A stretch of 63,842 nt of DNA, filler included, from Craspedostauros australis (lineage: Eukaryota), in NCBI GenBank assembly GCA_030167865.1. It is 10 parts of 10 records of this genome, joined end to end, with 100 filler letters (N's around TTAATTAATTAA, not from the genome) between each part and the next. Parts side by side here need not be neighbours in the genome. Positions count along the whole stretch, not along the records: positions 34,455 to 41,640 come from JALAGF010004184.1; positions 41,741 to 48,926 come from JALAGF010004185.1; 8 more parts are not named here. One strand, 5' to 3'. The notes under the pieces are model-generated. The model was given only the letters and a program-made list of their open reading frames with translations, was not told the origin of the DNA and searched no databases. A program made the position numbers and the translations under genes. Each line of letters begins with the position of its first letter. Positions within the stretch are counted from its first letter, which is position 1. Of the stretch, positions 34,616 to 44,327 are shown piece after piece.

Positions 34616-36913
34616 ATGTCTCTCAACCTCTCTCATCTCCTCGCCTCCGAGCCTTCCTCCCGCACCGAAACCGCTGCCGGAGCTCGCCCCGACGATCTCA
34701 TCGAGGGTCTCACCGCCGTCTCCTCCATGGCCAGCCGCTCCTCTGCCTCGGGAGGCATCGCCGATGACTCCCTCCCCGCCAGCATGAGCTTGGGTACCAC
34801 CATCGGACACGTCCACGCCACGCAAGACACATGCCTCGTCCGGCTCAGCGCCAAATCCGAGGAGGGGCACGTCCTCCTCTGTGGTGATCCCGTCGACACC
34901 TGCAGCCGTCGTAACCACAGCCATCTACGGTCTGATCCGGCTCGCCGTGGTCTCCCTGGCGTATACCAGTGCATCGACATCACGACCAACAGGGGGATCG
35001 CTCGCCGCGATCTCGTCGAAGGCAGCTTCCAAAGCCCGGAAGCCTACGAAGCGACCCGCGCCGCCACCCTTCGGGACATGGCGCGCGTCGCAACGCGCGA
35101 CACCCCACCAGCTCACGATCGCAACGACTCCGATGCCCGGAGCGCCGGAGTGGTCGGATTCGACATGGACCGCAAGCCTGCAGCCCGCCGCGGCATCGAC
35201 GATGCGCCGACGCCATCTCTCCAGCGTAGGGAACACCTCGATGTGCCACCTCCGACAAGCCGCGTCCCTCCGGCACGCCTCCCCAAGCCAGCGCCACCAA
35301 CTACCAACCAAGAACGCCCTCAAGGAATCTCCGCTCCCGCGACACGCATGACCAACCCTTCTACCATCCCGGACTCCGTCCACTCCGCAGCGGACGAACT
35401 CATGCATGTGGTCCGCCACCAAGCCGCACTCAACCGTGAGACGATGGAAACCCATCAACGCAAGCTGGATCAGACGAACCAAACTCTGATCCAGGCGCTC
35501 GCCACCCAGCAGGAGCAAATCAACCATCTTCTCCGACTGGAAAGCGAGCGTCGGGAACAGGCAACCACAGAGCCGACCCCGCCTACAGCAGCGTGGTACG
35601 TGGTCACCCAAGGCGCTCGACCAGGAGTCTACACCTCCCGCGCGGAAGCCTACGGACATGCCGGAGGTCATCCGGACGCCAGCGTCCACTCCTTCAACAC
35701 CCACGTCGAGGCCGACAACTACTTGCGTGCTTCCATCACAACCGCACGTCACCGAAATCGTACATCATCGCCTTTGGACCCGCAGGTGGCCACGAATCTC
35801 CACCGCGCCCCGCCTCAAGCAAGCCGCGGATTCTCCGGAGCAGCGAATGCGCCAACCACAGCGGCGACAACTCCGACCCCCCCTGACATCAACAGCATGG
35901 GGGTTGAAGGATTCCTTGGAGAGGACACGTCTCGCGGAGACAAGAAGAGCATCTTCGGGGAAGGCATCGACAACGAGAGAAAGATGATCCAACACTTGGC
36001 CCCTCCTCATGCCAGCACCGAGGTGCAGACAGAATTAGCCAAGGCAGCCATCGACGTCACCAGCTTACCAGGTAAGGTCACCGACGAAAGAACATCGATT
36101 GAAGAGCTTGCCTCGGCCTTTGGAGACATCCGCAATCAGACAGCCCGTTCCGCCGGACTCATCGCCACCGACACCAACTGGAGAACCAAGACTCGGCACG
36201 CCCTCGCACGCGTCAAGAATGAGGAGGACCTCAGCGAACTCGCGGATGATTTCAACAGCATCCGCGATGACATCATGACCCAATACCTCAACAACGTGGG
36301 TCACATCCTCCGTCATGCCTACTACACCGACGAACAAGTGGCTATCTACCAACAAGGTGGAGGATGGGTCGCGGTGGTCAAACTCTTCCTCACGTATTAC
36401 CACGAACTCCTCCTCAAACTACAACAGGAAGCGTTCAAGACTCAAGACGGGTGGAGCGAATCGGCCAGCATCTACACGGAGTACTACTCCAAGGCCCTCT
36501 TCGACGCCCGCAACTTCGCGAGCTCTCGGAACCTGATGCTTTTCCGCACGTACGTCATTGTACGTGAGGGCGCCCGCATCGGATGGTGTAACATCAAGAT
36601 TCTGGAAAAATTCCAACACCGCATCTCAACCCTGAGCGGCGCTCCATCCACACACCATGAAGAGAACGACAGCTCTAACGCAGACTCGCACAAGAAACGG
36701 TGCAAGCACTGCAACGGAACCAGCAAGGTGCATGAGATCCGTGACAGCGGGTGTCCGTTCGGATACCTCTTTAAGAAGAAGGTGGCGATGGCCAAGGCCA
36801 AGCAGGTGATGAAGAGTGTGGGCCAAGGTGAAAAGGCCCACGATGTGATCACGCGTATTCTGCAGGAAGCCATTTCGAAGCGTGGAGGAGGAGATGATGA
36901 CGATGCTGCCTAA
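34616..36913 (+). CDS. YR-retrotransposon ORF1 (gag-like) with RNase H1 hybrid-binding (Cauli_VI-like) domain and CCHC knuckle
   Basis: WYVVTQGARPGVYTSRAEA..G..ASVHSFNTHVEADNYL at 35594-35725, preceded by a coiled coil; CKHC..H..C near the C-terminus. Confidence 0.88.
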   Translation: MSLNLSHLLASEPSSRTETAAGARPDDLIEGLTAVSSMASRSSASGGIADDSLPASMSLGTTIGHVHATQDTCLVRLSAKSEEGHVLLCGDPVDTCSRRNHSHLRSDPARRGLPGVYQCIDITTNRGIARRDLVEGSFQSPEAYEATRAATLRDMARVATRDTPPAHDRNDSDARSAGVVGFDMDRKPAARRGIDDAPTPSLQRREHLDVPPPTSRVPPARLPKPAPPTTNQERPQGISAPATRMTNPSTIPDSVHSAADELMHVVRHQAALNRETMETHQRKLDQTNQTLIQALATQQEQINHLLRLESERREQATTEPTPPTAAWYVVTQGARPGVYTSRAEAYGHAGGHPDASVHSFNTHVEADNYLRASITTARHRNRTSSPLDPQVATNLHRAPPQASRGFSGAANAPTTAATTPTPPDINSMGVEGFLGEDTSRGDKKSIFGEGIDNERKMIQHLAPPHASTEVQTELAKAAIDVTSLPGKVTDERTSIEELASAFGDIRNQTARSAGLIATDTNWRTKTRHALARVKNEEDLSELADDFNSIRDDIMTQYLNNVGHILRHAYYTDEQVAIYQQGGGWVAVVKLFLTYYHELLLKLQQEAFKTQDGWSESASIYTEYYSKALFDARNFASSRNLMLFRTYVIVREGARIGWCNIKILEKFQHRISTLSGAPSTHHEENDSSNADSHKKRCKHCNGTSKVHEIRDSGCPFGYLFKKKVAMAKAKQVMKSVGQGEKAHDVITRILQEAISKRGGGDDDDAA

Positions 36914-37041
36914 CCCCGCGTTTGGTTTGCTCCGTCACTCTCTTTGATGTCCACAAATCGCGCTCGATCGTACCAACAACAACAGACACACTCGGTGATA
37001 CCAAAGCTCCCATCCCACCAGACACCAGCTCAACCGCCCCC

Positions 37042-40000
37042 ATGGATGCTCAACTAAGCTCTAACTTAGATGACATTCTTGCATTATCCAGCCAACGGTT
37101 GCCAGAACCGCTCTCCTCTACCCTGCGATATGGCACACTGAACTTCGGTCTGCATATGACTTCGTCCGCCTGGCCGGCGTTCCAGCACATCTTCTGTGCC
37201 CACGACGACGGCCTTCCCATCAATTTGCGATCCTATCCCAAGACTACCCAGTATCTCGGGTCCACGGCGAGGCTATCGCATCGGGTGTTGAATCAACACC
37301 CGGTCGATTTCCTGGTCGTGTTTGGGATCAAGCAAATGGAATGGCGCAAATGGATCGGACGATGCTCATCCGGATCCAGACCATCCCTCATCCTCGAGAT
37401 ATGGACGGGACCAGCGGTATCCTGGATTCACGGGGCGGCCTCCAAGGGCGAATGCAAGCGGTGGGCGGACCTTGGCTACATCACGCAAGTCAAGACGATT
37501 CCCAACCTACGCGTGGGAGGCGTGGTACGAGTGTCCTACACGATGGTGGTACGATCGGCGACAACGTGGACGGCATCTGGCATCGCATGGCCAGACCTCC
37601 AACCCGCATCGGAACGAAGCATGGCGAATTGTCTTCGCCACTGTGGAATTCCACGACGATGTTATACAACACAGAGCAACGCTCAGATGGTCCATGACAG
37701 CGCGACATCCGCCATGCCATTGGACCGGCTGGCCCTGATTCAAACGGACCGCGGCATACGACGCCTCTTTCCAGACGAAGTGGGAAAAGCCCTGGGCAGC
37801 TCGCTCCCCGGCGAGGTCCTGCGACAGGTGAAATGGCGGGTGCTTTTCCACACACCGTCCCAACACCTGCTGGAGTACCTTTCCACCCCGCTGGTGGGTC
37901 TATCCAACCATCTCCATCAGCAACCTGAACACGACAACCTATCCTCAACCAGACGAACACGACGACGACGACGACAACGACAACGACCTGAGCCTACACC
38001 CCTCATGAAGACGAAATCCGACGACCGCGACTTCCAATGGACGCCCCCGGACCTATCTCCAGGGCAGCCGTGGCACCAGCAACGACTCCGCAACCTACGA
38101 CACGCATGCAATACGTATGGCGAGCGGGCCGAATCCCTTTTCCAAGGCGGACTACGGGACTTGGACATACACCGCACCAACTACACAGCCACACATCCGG
38201 ATCCCAAACACCTGCGGGTCCTCTGGTGGGAGTTCCCTGCGCACCACTGGGATCACCTACGCGAAGGAAGTCCCATGAATTTCCTACGAGAACCGACGCC
38301 AGGCAACCATCCCAACACCGACATGACTCCAGACCAACAACAGGTAGCGGCCGACTTCGTCGACGAGCTACTCAGCCTTGGTGTGGTGGAACCACAAGAC
38401 CCAAATCATCCGGTGGTGGTGAACGCACCTCTCTTTGCTTTACCGAAACCAATGCAGCCCGACCAATGGCGCATCATCGCCAACATGCGCGAAAATCACG
38501 CGAATGAGCACATTGGGTCGGATCCGACAATTTTTCCAAAAAGTCGCGATATTCTGAAGCAGATGTATCACGGAGGCTGGTCTGCGGTGGTCGATGCGTC
38601 GAAATACTTCTACCAATTTCGAACCCGGCCATCGGAGCGGCGTTTCCTCGGGATCCAACATCCGATCTCCGGTGAGATGTACCAATATGCTGGACTACCA
38701 ATGGGGTCTAGCCAGTCCCCAGCCATCGCATGCCGGTTTGGTACCGCCTTCCTCCGACAGCTGCGCCAGCGCTCCAAGCACTACCGAGGGTCCCACACAT
38801 CCAACATGTGGTGGTCTGCGTTCCGACTAGAGAAGGAATACGACCATACTCTGGGCCAAGGCATAGTCTCCATGGGGTCCGATGGTCTACCGGCAGCACT
38901 CGTGTGGGCTCACTGCGATGACTTTATCATCCACGGTCCAACACGACAGAAGACAGCAGCAGCACTCACGGCCTTCCTCGATCTCTCCGTCGACTGCGGG
39001 TTGCTCTGCCATCCGGGAAAACTCACCCCGCCAAGTCAGATCGTCAAATACACTGGCTTGATCTTCGACACTACCGCAACCCCGCGGCTACGGATCCCAA
39101 CCCTCAAGAGAGACAAGATCATAGCAGTCATGGACTACGTCGATGACCATGCTGTCAGAGTCTCCCGACTCGCCCTCGCGGTGCTCGCCGGTATGCTTGA
39201 AAGCGTCGCTGAGGCCACACCCTCGTATCTCGGCCGCAACTACCTCCGCGCGCTCTACCATCTCGTCCACCCCACTGCCTGGGATCAACCTGAGTTGCCT
39301 TACTTCAGCTACACGGCACTCGTCCCAGCCGTACAACACGACCTCCGCTGGTGGCGGGCAGCACTCCTCAACGACACGGCACGGAGCGGCCGGGCCACAC
39401 GTACAGGGGTCCTGGTCAGCAGCTTCGGCGATGGCAGCGGGACAGGGACCGGGGGTACTATCCTCTTCCCACAACAGGCTTCTCGCATGTGGATGGGGAC
39501 ATGGTCCTCTCTCGTCGCCACCCGCCAGTCGTCCAACTGGAAGGAGTTGCGGACCCTGCTCAGCACTCTCGAGCAGGTGGCGCAATCACCGGAGTCTACC
39601 GCAGAAGTCACCGGAGCAACCTTCTTTTACTTCACCGACAACATGTGTACCTACTGCGTCGTGGACGGCGGCACCTCCACTTCTCCGGAGCTCCACAAAT
39701 TGGTGCGACAGGTCAAGCAGCTCGAGTTACAGCTGTCCTGTCACCTACAGGTCATCCACATCCCGGGCACCGCCATCATCACTGAAGGAACCGACGGCCT
39801 TAGTCGGGGCATCTGGGTCAACGCCGCGCATCAACGGCCGACCTCGGAACAGATCCTCACCGCCTGCCTTGCACCAACAGCAGTACGGCCACTACATGTG
39901 CCCCATATCGCTCGGCTAGCGTTCCCGGAACAAACCATTGGCCTTCAGCTACGGGCATGGGACACTCCATGGGACCCAGAGCAATGCATGGACTGCATCA

Positions 40001-40338
40001 CGCTCTGGGCGCCCCCACCCGAGTTGGCGTACCAACTTATCTACTTCCTGCTGGGATGCTGGGCTGAGCGGCCGCTTCATACAGGATTCGTCATCCTCGT
40101 CCCTCGCGTGCTCCAGCGCACCTTCACACGTCTGTCTCGTCATCTCATCAAGGTTGGCGTGTTCACCAACCACGATCTACACATCACCTCTCCCTCTCCT
40201 CTCAATATCCCTAACCTCCTCCTTCGTGTCTCTCCTCATACGCGCTCTCTCACTCCTCCTAGACTGGACACTACTCCCTATTCCTGGCTTCGGCGGCACC
40301 ACCAACGGATCGCCGAACAACTGCACGGGCTGTGCTAG
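37042..40338 (+). CDS. YR-retrotransposon ORF2: degenerate C5-methyltransferase-like domain, RT, RNase H, DIRS MT-like domain
   Basis: First ATG at 37042. RT: PLFALPKP, WRIIANM, DASKYFYQF, LPMGSSQSP, HCDD, YTGL. RH: GDGSG, SSNWKEL, FTDN, TDGLSRG. C-terminal LWAPPPELA..ILVPR. Confidence 0.9.
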   Translation: MDAQLSSNLDDILALSSQRLPEPLSSTLRYGTLNFGLHMTSSAWPAFQHIFCAHDDGLPINLRSYPKTTQYLGSTARLSHRVLNQHPVDFLVVFGIKQMEWRKWIGRCSSGSRPSLILEIWTGPAVSWIHGAASKGECKRWADLGYITQVKTIPNLRVGGVVRVSYTMVVRSATTWTASGIAWPDLQPASERSMANCLRHCGIPRRCYTTQSNAQMVHDSATSAMPLDRLALIQTDRGIRRLFPDEVGKALGSSLPGEVLRQVKWRVLFHTPSQHLLEYLSTPLVGLSNHLHQQPEHDNLSSTRRTRRRRRQRQRPEPTPLMKTKSDDRDFQWTPPDLSPGQPWHQQRLRNLRHACNTYGERAESLFQGGLRDLDIHRTNYTATHPDPKHLRVLWWEFPAHHWDHLREGSPMNFLREPTPGNHPNTDMTPDQQQVAADFVDELLSLGVVEPQDPNHPVVVNAPLFALPKPMQPDQWRIIANMRENHANEHIGSDPTIFPKSRDILKQMYHGGWSAVVDASKYFYQFRTRPSERRFLGIQHPISGEMYQYAGLPMGSSQSPAIACRFGTAFLRQLRQRSKHYRGSHTSNMWWSAFRLEKEYDHTLGQGIVSMGSDGLPAALVWAHCDDFIIHGPTRQKTAAALTAFLDLSVDCGLLCHPGKLTPPSQIVKYTGLIFDTTATPRLRIPTLKRDKIIAVMDYVDDHAVRVSRLALAVLAGMLESVAEATPSYLGRNYLRALYHLVHPTAWDQPELPYFSYTALVPAVQHDLRWWRAALLNDTARSGRATRTGVLVSSFGDGSGTGTGGTILFPQQASRMWMGTWSSLVATRQSSNWKELRTLLSTLEQVAQSPESTAEVTGATFFYFTDNMCTYCVVDGGTSTSPELHKLVRQVKQLELQLSCHLQVIHIPGTAIITEGTDGLSRGIWVNAAHQRPTSEQILTACLAPTAVRPLHVPHIARLAFPEQTIGLQLRAWDTPWDPEQCMDCITLWAPPPELAYQLIYFLLGCWAERPLHTGFVILVPRVLQRTFTRLSRHLIKVGVFTNHDLHITSPSPLNIPNLLLRVSPHTRSLTPPRLDTTPYSWLRRHHQRIAEQLHGLC

Positions 40339-41640
40339 GCCTATCAACCGCCGCACAACCGCCCACCAATGTTGCTTCGCCGATGCTGGCTTCACGCACG
40401 GCGGGCTGCACTACCGGCCGTGCCACACTCGGTATCATAAGCTGTGCTGCCGGGTGGGTCCACCGTTCCACACCCGGCTGCGCAAAGGCAAGGGTCTCGC
40501 TCTACCGACCAACCTTGGGATCCTCGGGGTCTTCGTGTGCGAAGCATGCACAGTTCGCGTGCACACCAAGCGGGAGTTGACTTCCACGCCCACCGACGTC
40601 TACCTCCTTCGGCTCGAGCGGATGCGCATCATCGACCTGGCTCACAACTGGGCCACCGGCACCTTGGCTACTTACGGAAGCAAGATCCGCGTGCTGCGAC
40701 AGTTCGGCGCCGACTACGGAGTCCCCACCTTACAACCGCCGGTTCTCTCCAGCCCCCCCTACTCGGATTCTATCCCGATCATGTGGGCACAGGAGCACTA
40801 TGCAACTCAAACCCCCGCTCGGCGCAGTCGTCAGGACGTCAGCACCATCAAGTTCAGCACCGTACGAGGTTTGCGGAGTGCCGCCTCCGCTTTTTGGACA
40901 TGGAACATGTGTCACACNCAGCCCGACACAGCCATGATGGACGCCAAGCAACGGCCTATCGTCGTCAACGCATGCAGTCCCACCGACCACCTCGGCTACA
41001 CCATGCTTACTCAAGGCATGCGCGCACGCATGGGGGAGGATTCTCGGCCATCAGCGGCGCTGCTCGCACGTCATGTACAATTCATGGACCACAGCTTTCA
41101 GCAACAGTACCGCCACGCCGCGACCACACACCAACAGCGCACTGCCGCCATGGCCGCCATCATCAACCTGGTGGGCTGGCTCGGATGGCTCCGGGCATCC
41201 GAGGCTTTCGGCATCACCTGGGCGGACGTCACCCTTCTCCATCCACGCGACGCGGGCAACAACGATCTCCCCAACAACACGGGCGCAGTGTTGCTGCGCC
41301 TCGCGCTCCAAACCAAGTCCGACCGCAGCCGCCAGGCAGACGTCGTCGTGGCTTTCCGCACGGCATCAGGCCTGAGCCTCGGCGACTGGCTGCAGAGAGC
41401 GCATCGCCTCCGCGGTACACACAACGCTGCGGACTTCGTGGCTCAACACCCTTCCGGGCAACCGTGGACCTCCCAGTTCTACCGTGCCACGTTTGTGTAC
41501 CCGTCTTTGCTCGAGCAACAGGACCGCGGGGATCCCTTCCTGCGGTCTGCTATCGGAGCTCAACACATGCCAATCCCGACGAGGTTCAACTCTTTCCACA
41601 TGTATCGCCGAGGGGCGAGGACGCACGTATCTCGACGGCG
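39938..41640 (+). CDS. YR-retrotransposon ORF3: tyrosine recombinase with Cys-rich N-terminus, 3'-partial; true start uncertain
   Basis: WLGWLRASE (catalytic R), QTKSDR (K), FHMYRRG (HxxR). The catalytic Tyr lies beyond the contig end. Overlaps ORF2 in another frame. Confidence 0.88.
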
Positions 41641-41901
41641 NNNNNNNNNNNNNNNNNNNNNNNNNNNNNNNNNNNNNNNNNNNNTTAATTAATTAANNNN
41701 NNNNNNNNNNNNNNNNNNNNNNNNNNNNNNNNNNNNNNNNCAGCGACGATCGAATCACCCACAATTTGGAAAAGACAACAGAATTGTCACACCTCCGCTT
41801 CGACGTACGCTTCCTTCAACGCTTGCTCAGGGGTAACCTAGCAGCCTTTAAACGAACACAACACTCTTCCACATCACCTTCGCCGTCTTCTCGCCATCAC
41901 C

Positions 41902-44199
41902 ATGTCTCTCAACCTCTCTCATCTCCTCGCCTCCGAGCCTTCCTCCCGCACCGAAACCGCTGCCGGAGCTCGCCCCGACGATCTCATCGAGGGTCTCACC
42001 GCCGTCTCCTCCATGGCCAGCCGCTCCTCTGCCTCGGGAGGCATCGCCGATGACTCCCTCCCCGCCAGCATGAGCTTGGGTACCACCATCGGACACGTCC
42101 ACGCCACGCAAGACACATGCCTCGTCCGGCTCAGCGCCAAATCCGAGGAGGGGCACGTCCTCCTCTGTGGTGATCCCGTCGACACCTGCAGCCGTCGTAA
42201 CCACAGCCATCTACGGTCTGATCCGGCTCGCCGTGGTCTCCCTGGCGTATACCAGTGCATCGACATCACGACCAACAGGGGGATCGCTCGCCGCGATCTC
42301 GTCGAAGGCAGCTTCCAAAGCCCGGAAGCCTACGAAGCGACCCGCGCCGCCACCCTTCGGGACATGGCGCGCGTCGCAACGCGCGACACCCCACCAGCTC
42401 ACGATCGCAACGACTCCGATGCCCGGAGCGCCGGAGTGGTCGGATTCGACATGGACCGCAAGCCTGCAGCCCGCCGCGGCATCGACGATGCGCCGACGCC
42501 ATCTCTCCAGCGTAGGGAACACCTCGATGTGCCACCTCCGACAAGCCGCGTCCCTCCGGCACGCCTCCCCAAGCCAGCGCCACCAACTACCAACCAAGAA
42601 CGCCCTCAAGGAATCTCCGCTCCCGCGACACGCATGACCAACCCTTCTACCATCCCGGACTCCGTCCACTCCGCAGCGGACGAACTCATGCATGTGGTCC
42701 GCCACCAAGCCGCACTCAACCGTGAGACGATGGAAACCCATCAACGCAAGCTGGATCAGACGAACCAAACTCTGATCCAGGCGCTCGCCACCCAGCAGGA
42801 GCAAATCAACCATCTTCTCCGACTGGAAAGCGAGCGTCGGGAACAGGCAACCACAGAGCCGACCCCGCCTACAGCAGCGTGGTACGTGGTCACCCAAGGC
42901 GCTCGACCAGGAGTCTACACCTCCCGCGCGGAAGCCTACGGACATGCCGGAGGTCATCCGGACGCCAGCGTCCACTCCTTCAACACCCACGTCGAGGCCG
43001 ACAACTACTTGCGTGCTTCCATCACAACCGCACGTCACCGAAATCGTACATCATCGCCTTTGGACCCGCAGGTGGCCACGAATCTCCACCGCGCCCCGCC
43101 TCAAGCAAGCCGCGGATTCTCCGGAGCAGCGAATGCGCCAACCACAGCGGCGACAACTCCGACCCCCCCTGACATCAACAGCATGGGGGTTGAAGGATTC
43201 CTTGGAGAGGACACGTCTCGCGGAGACAAGAAGAGCATCTTCGGGGAAGGCATCGACAACGAGAGAAAGATGATCCAACACTTGGCCCCTCCTCATGCCA
43301 GCACCGAGGTGCAGACAGAATTAGCCAAGGCAGCCATCGACGTCACCAGCTTACCAGGTAAGGTCACCGACGAAAGAACATCGATTGAAGAGCTTGCCTC
43401 GGCCTTTGGAGACATCCGCAATCAGACAGCCCGTTCCGCCGGACTCATCGCCACCGACACCAACTGGAGAACCAAGACTCGGCACGCCCTCGCACGCGTC
43501 AAGAATGAGGAGGACCTCAGCGAACTCGCGGATGATTTCAACAGCATCCGCGATGACATCATGACCCAATACCTCAACAACGTGGGTCACATCCTCCGTC
43601 ATGCCTACTACACCGACGAACAAGTGGCTATCTACCAACAAGGTGGAGGATGGGTCGCGGTGGTCAAACTCTTCCTCACGTATTACCACGAACTCCTCCT
43701 CAAACTACAACAGGAAGCGTTCAAGACTCAAGACGGGTGGAGCGAATCGGCCAGCATCTACACGGAGTACTACTCCAAGGCCCTCTTCGACGCCCGCAAC
43801 TTCGCGAGCTCTCGGAACCTGATGCTTTTCCGCACGTACGTCATTGTACGTGAGGGCGCCCGCATCGGATGGTGTAACATCAAGATTCTGGAAAAATTCC
43901 AACACCGCATCTCAACCCTGAGCGGCGCTCCATCCACACACCATGAAGAGAACGACAGCTCTAACGCAGACTCGCACAAGAAACGGTGCAAGCACTGCAA
44001 CGGAACCAGCAAGGTGCATGAGATCCGTGACAGCGGGTGTCCGTTCGGATACCTCTTTAAGAAGAAGGTGGCGATGGCCAAGGCCAAGCAGGTGATGAAG
44101 AGTGTGGGCCAAGGTGAAAAGGCCCACGATGTGATCACGCGTATTCTGCAGGAAGCCATTTCGAAGCGTGGAGGAGGAGATGATGACGATGCTGCCTAA
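41902..44199 (+). CDS. YR-retrotransposon ORF1, copy 2
   Basis: Translation identical to 34616-36913. Confidence 0.88.
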   Translation: MSLNLSHLLASEPSSRTETAAGARPDDLIEGLTAVSSMASRSSASGGIADDSLPASMSLGTTIGHVHATQDTCLVRLSAKSEEGHVLLCGDPVDTCSRRNHSHLRSDPARRGLPGVYQCIDITTNRGIARRDLVEGSFQSPEAYEATRAATLRDMARVATRDTPPAHDRNDSDARSAGVVGFDMDRKPAARRGIDDAPTPSLQRREHLDVPPPTSRVPPARLPKPAPPTTNQERPQGISAPATRMTNPSTIPDSVHSAADELMHVVRHQAALNRETMETHQRKLDQTNQTLIQALATQQEQINHLLRLESERREQATTEPTPPTAAWYVVTQGARPGVYTSRAEAYGHAGGHPDASVHSFNTHVEADNYLRASITTARHRNRTSSPLDPQVATNLHRAPPQASRGFSGAANAPTTAATTPTPPDINSMGVEGFLGEDTSRGDKKSIFGEGIDNERKMIQHLAPPHASTEVQTELAKAAIDVTSLPGKVTDERTSIEELASAFGDIRNQTARSAGLIATDTNWRTKTRHALARVKNEEDLSELADDFNSIRDDIMTQYLNNVGHILRHAYYTDEQVAIYQQGGGWVAVVKLFLTYYHELLLKLQQEAFKTQDGWSESASIYTEYYSKALFDARNFASSRNLMLFRTYVIVREGARIGWCNIKILEKFQHRISTLSGAPSTHHEENDSSNADSHKKRCKHCNGTSKVHEIRDSGCPFGYLFKKKVAMAKAKQVMKSVGQGEKAHDVITRILQEAISKRGGGDDDDAA

Positions 44200-44327
44200 C
44201 CCCGCGTTTGGTTTGCTCCGTCACTCTCTTTGATGTCCACAAATCGCGCTCGATCGTACCAACAACAACAGACACACTCGGTGATACCAAAGCTCCCATC
44301 CCACCAGACACCAGCTCAACCGCCCCC

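Larger units (their letters stand above)
34455..41640 (+). mobile_element. Tyrosine-recombinase (DIRS-like) retrotransposon, internal region, copy 1
   Basis: Three ORFs: gag-like, RT-RNase H, and an overlapping tyrosine recombinase. No protease or DDE integrase. Termini lie outside the contig. Confidence 0.93.

Noticed and set aside
40444..41640. 414-aa alternative-frame ORF over the recombinase
   Set aside because: R/H/P-rich with no motifs; a shadow ORF of GC-rich coding sequence.
41641..41740. Head-to-tail tandem array of YR elements
   Set aside because: The copies are separate contigs joined by a spacer, with no junction sequence.
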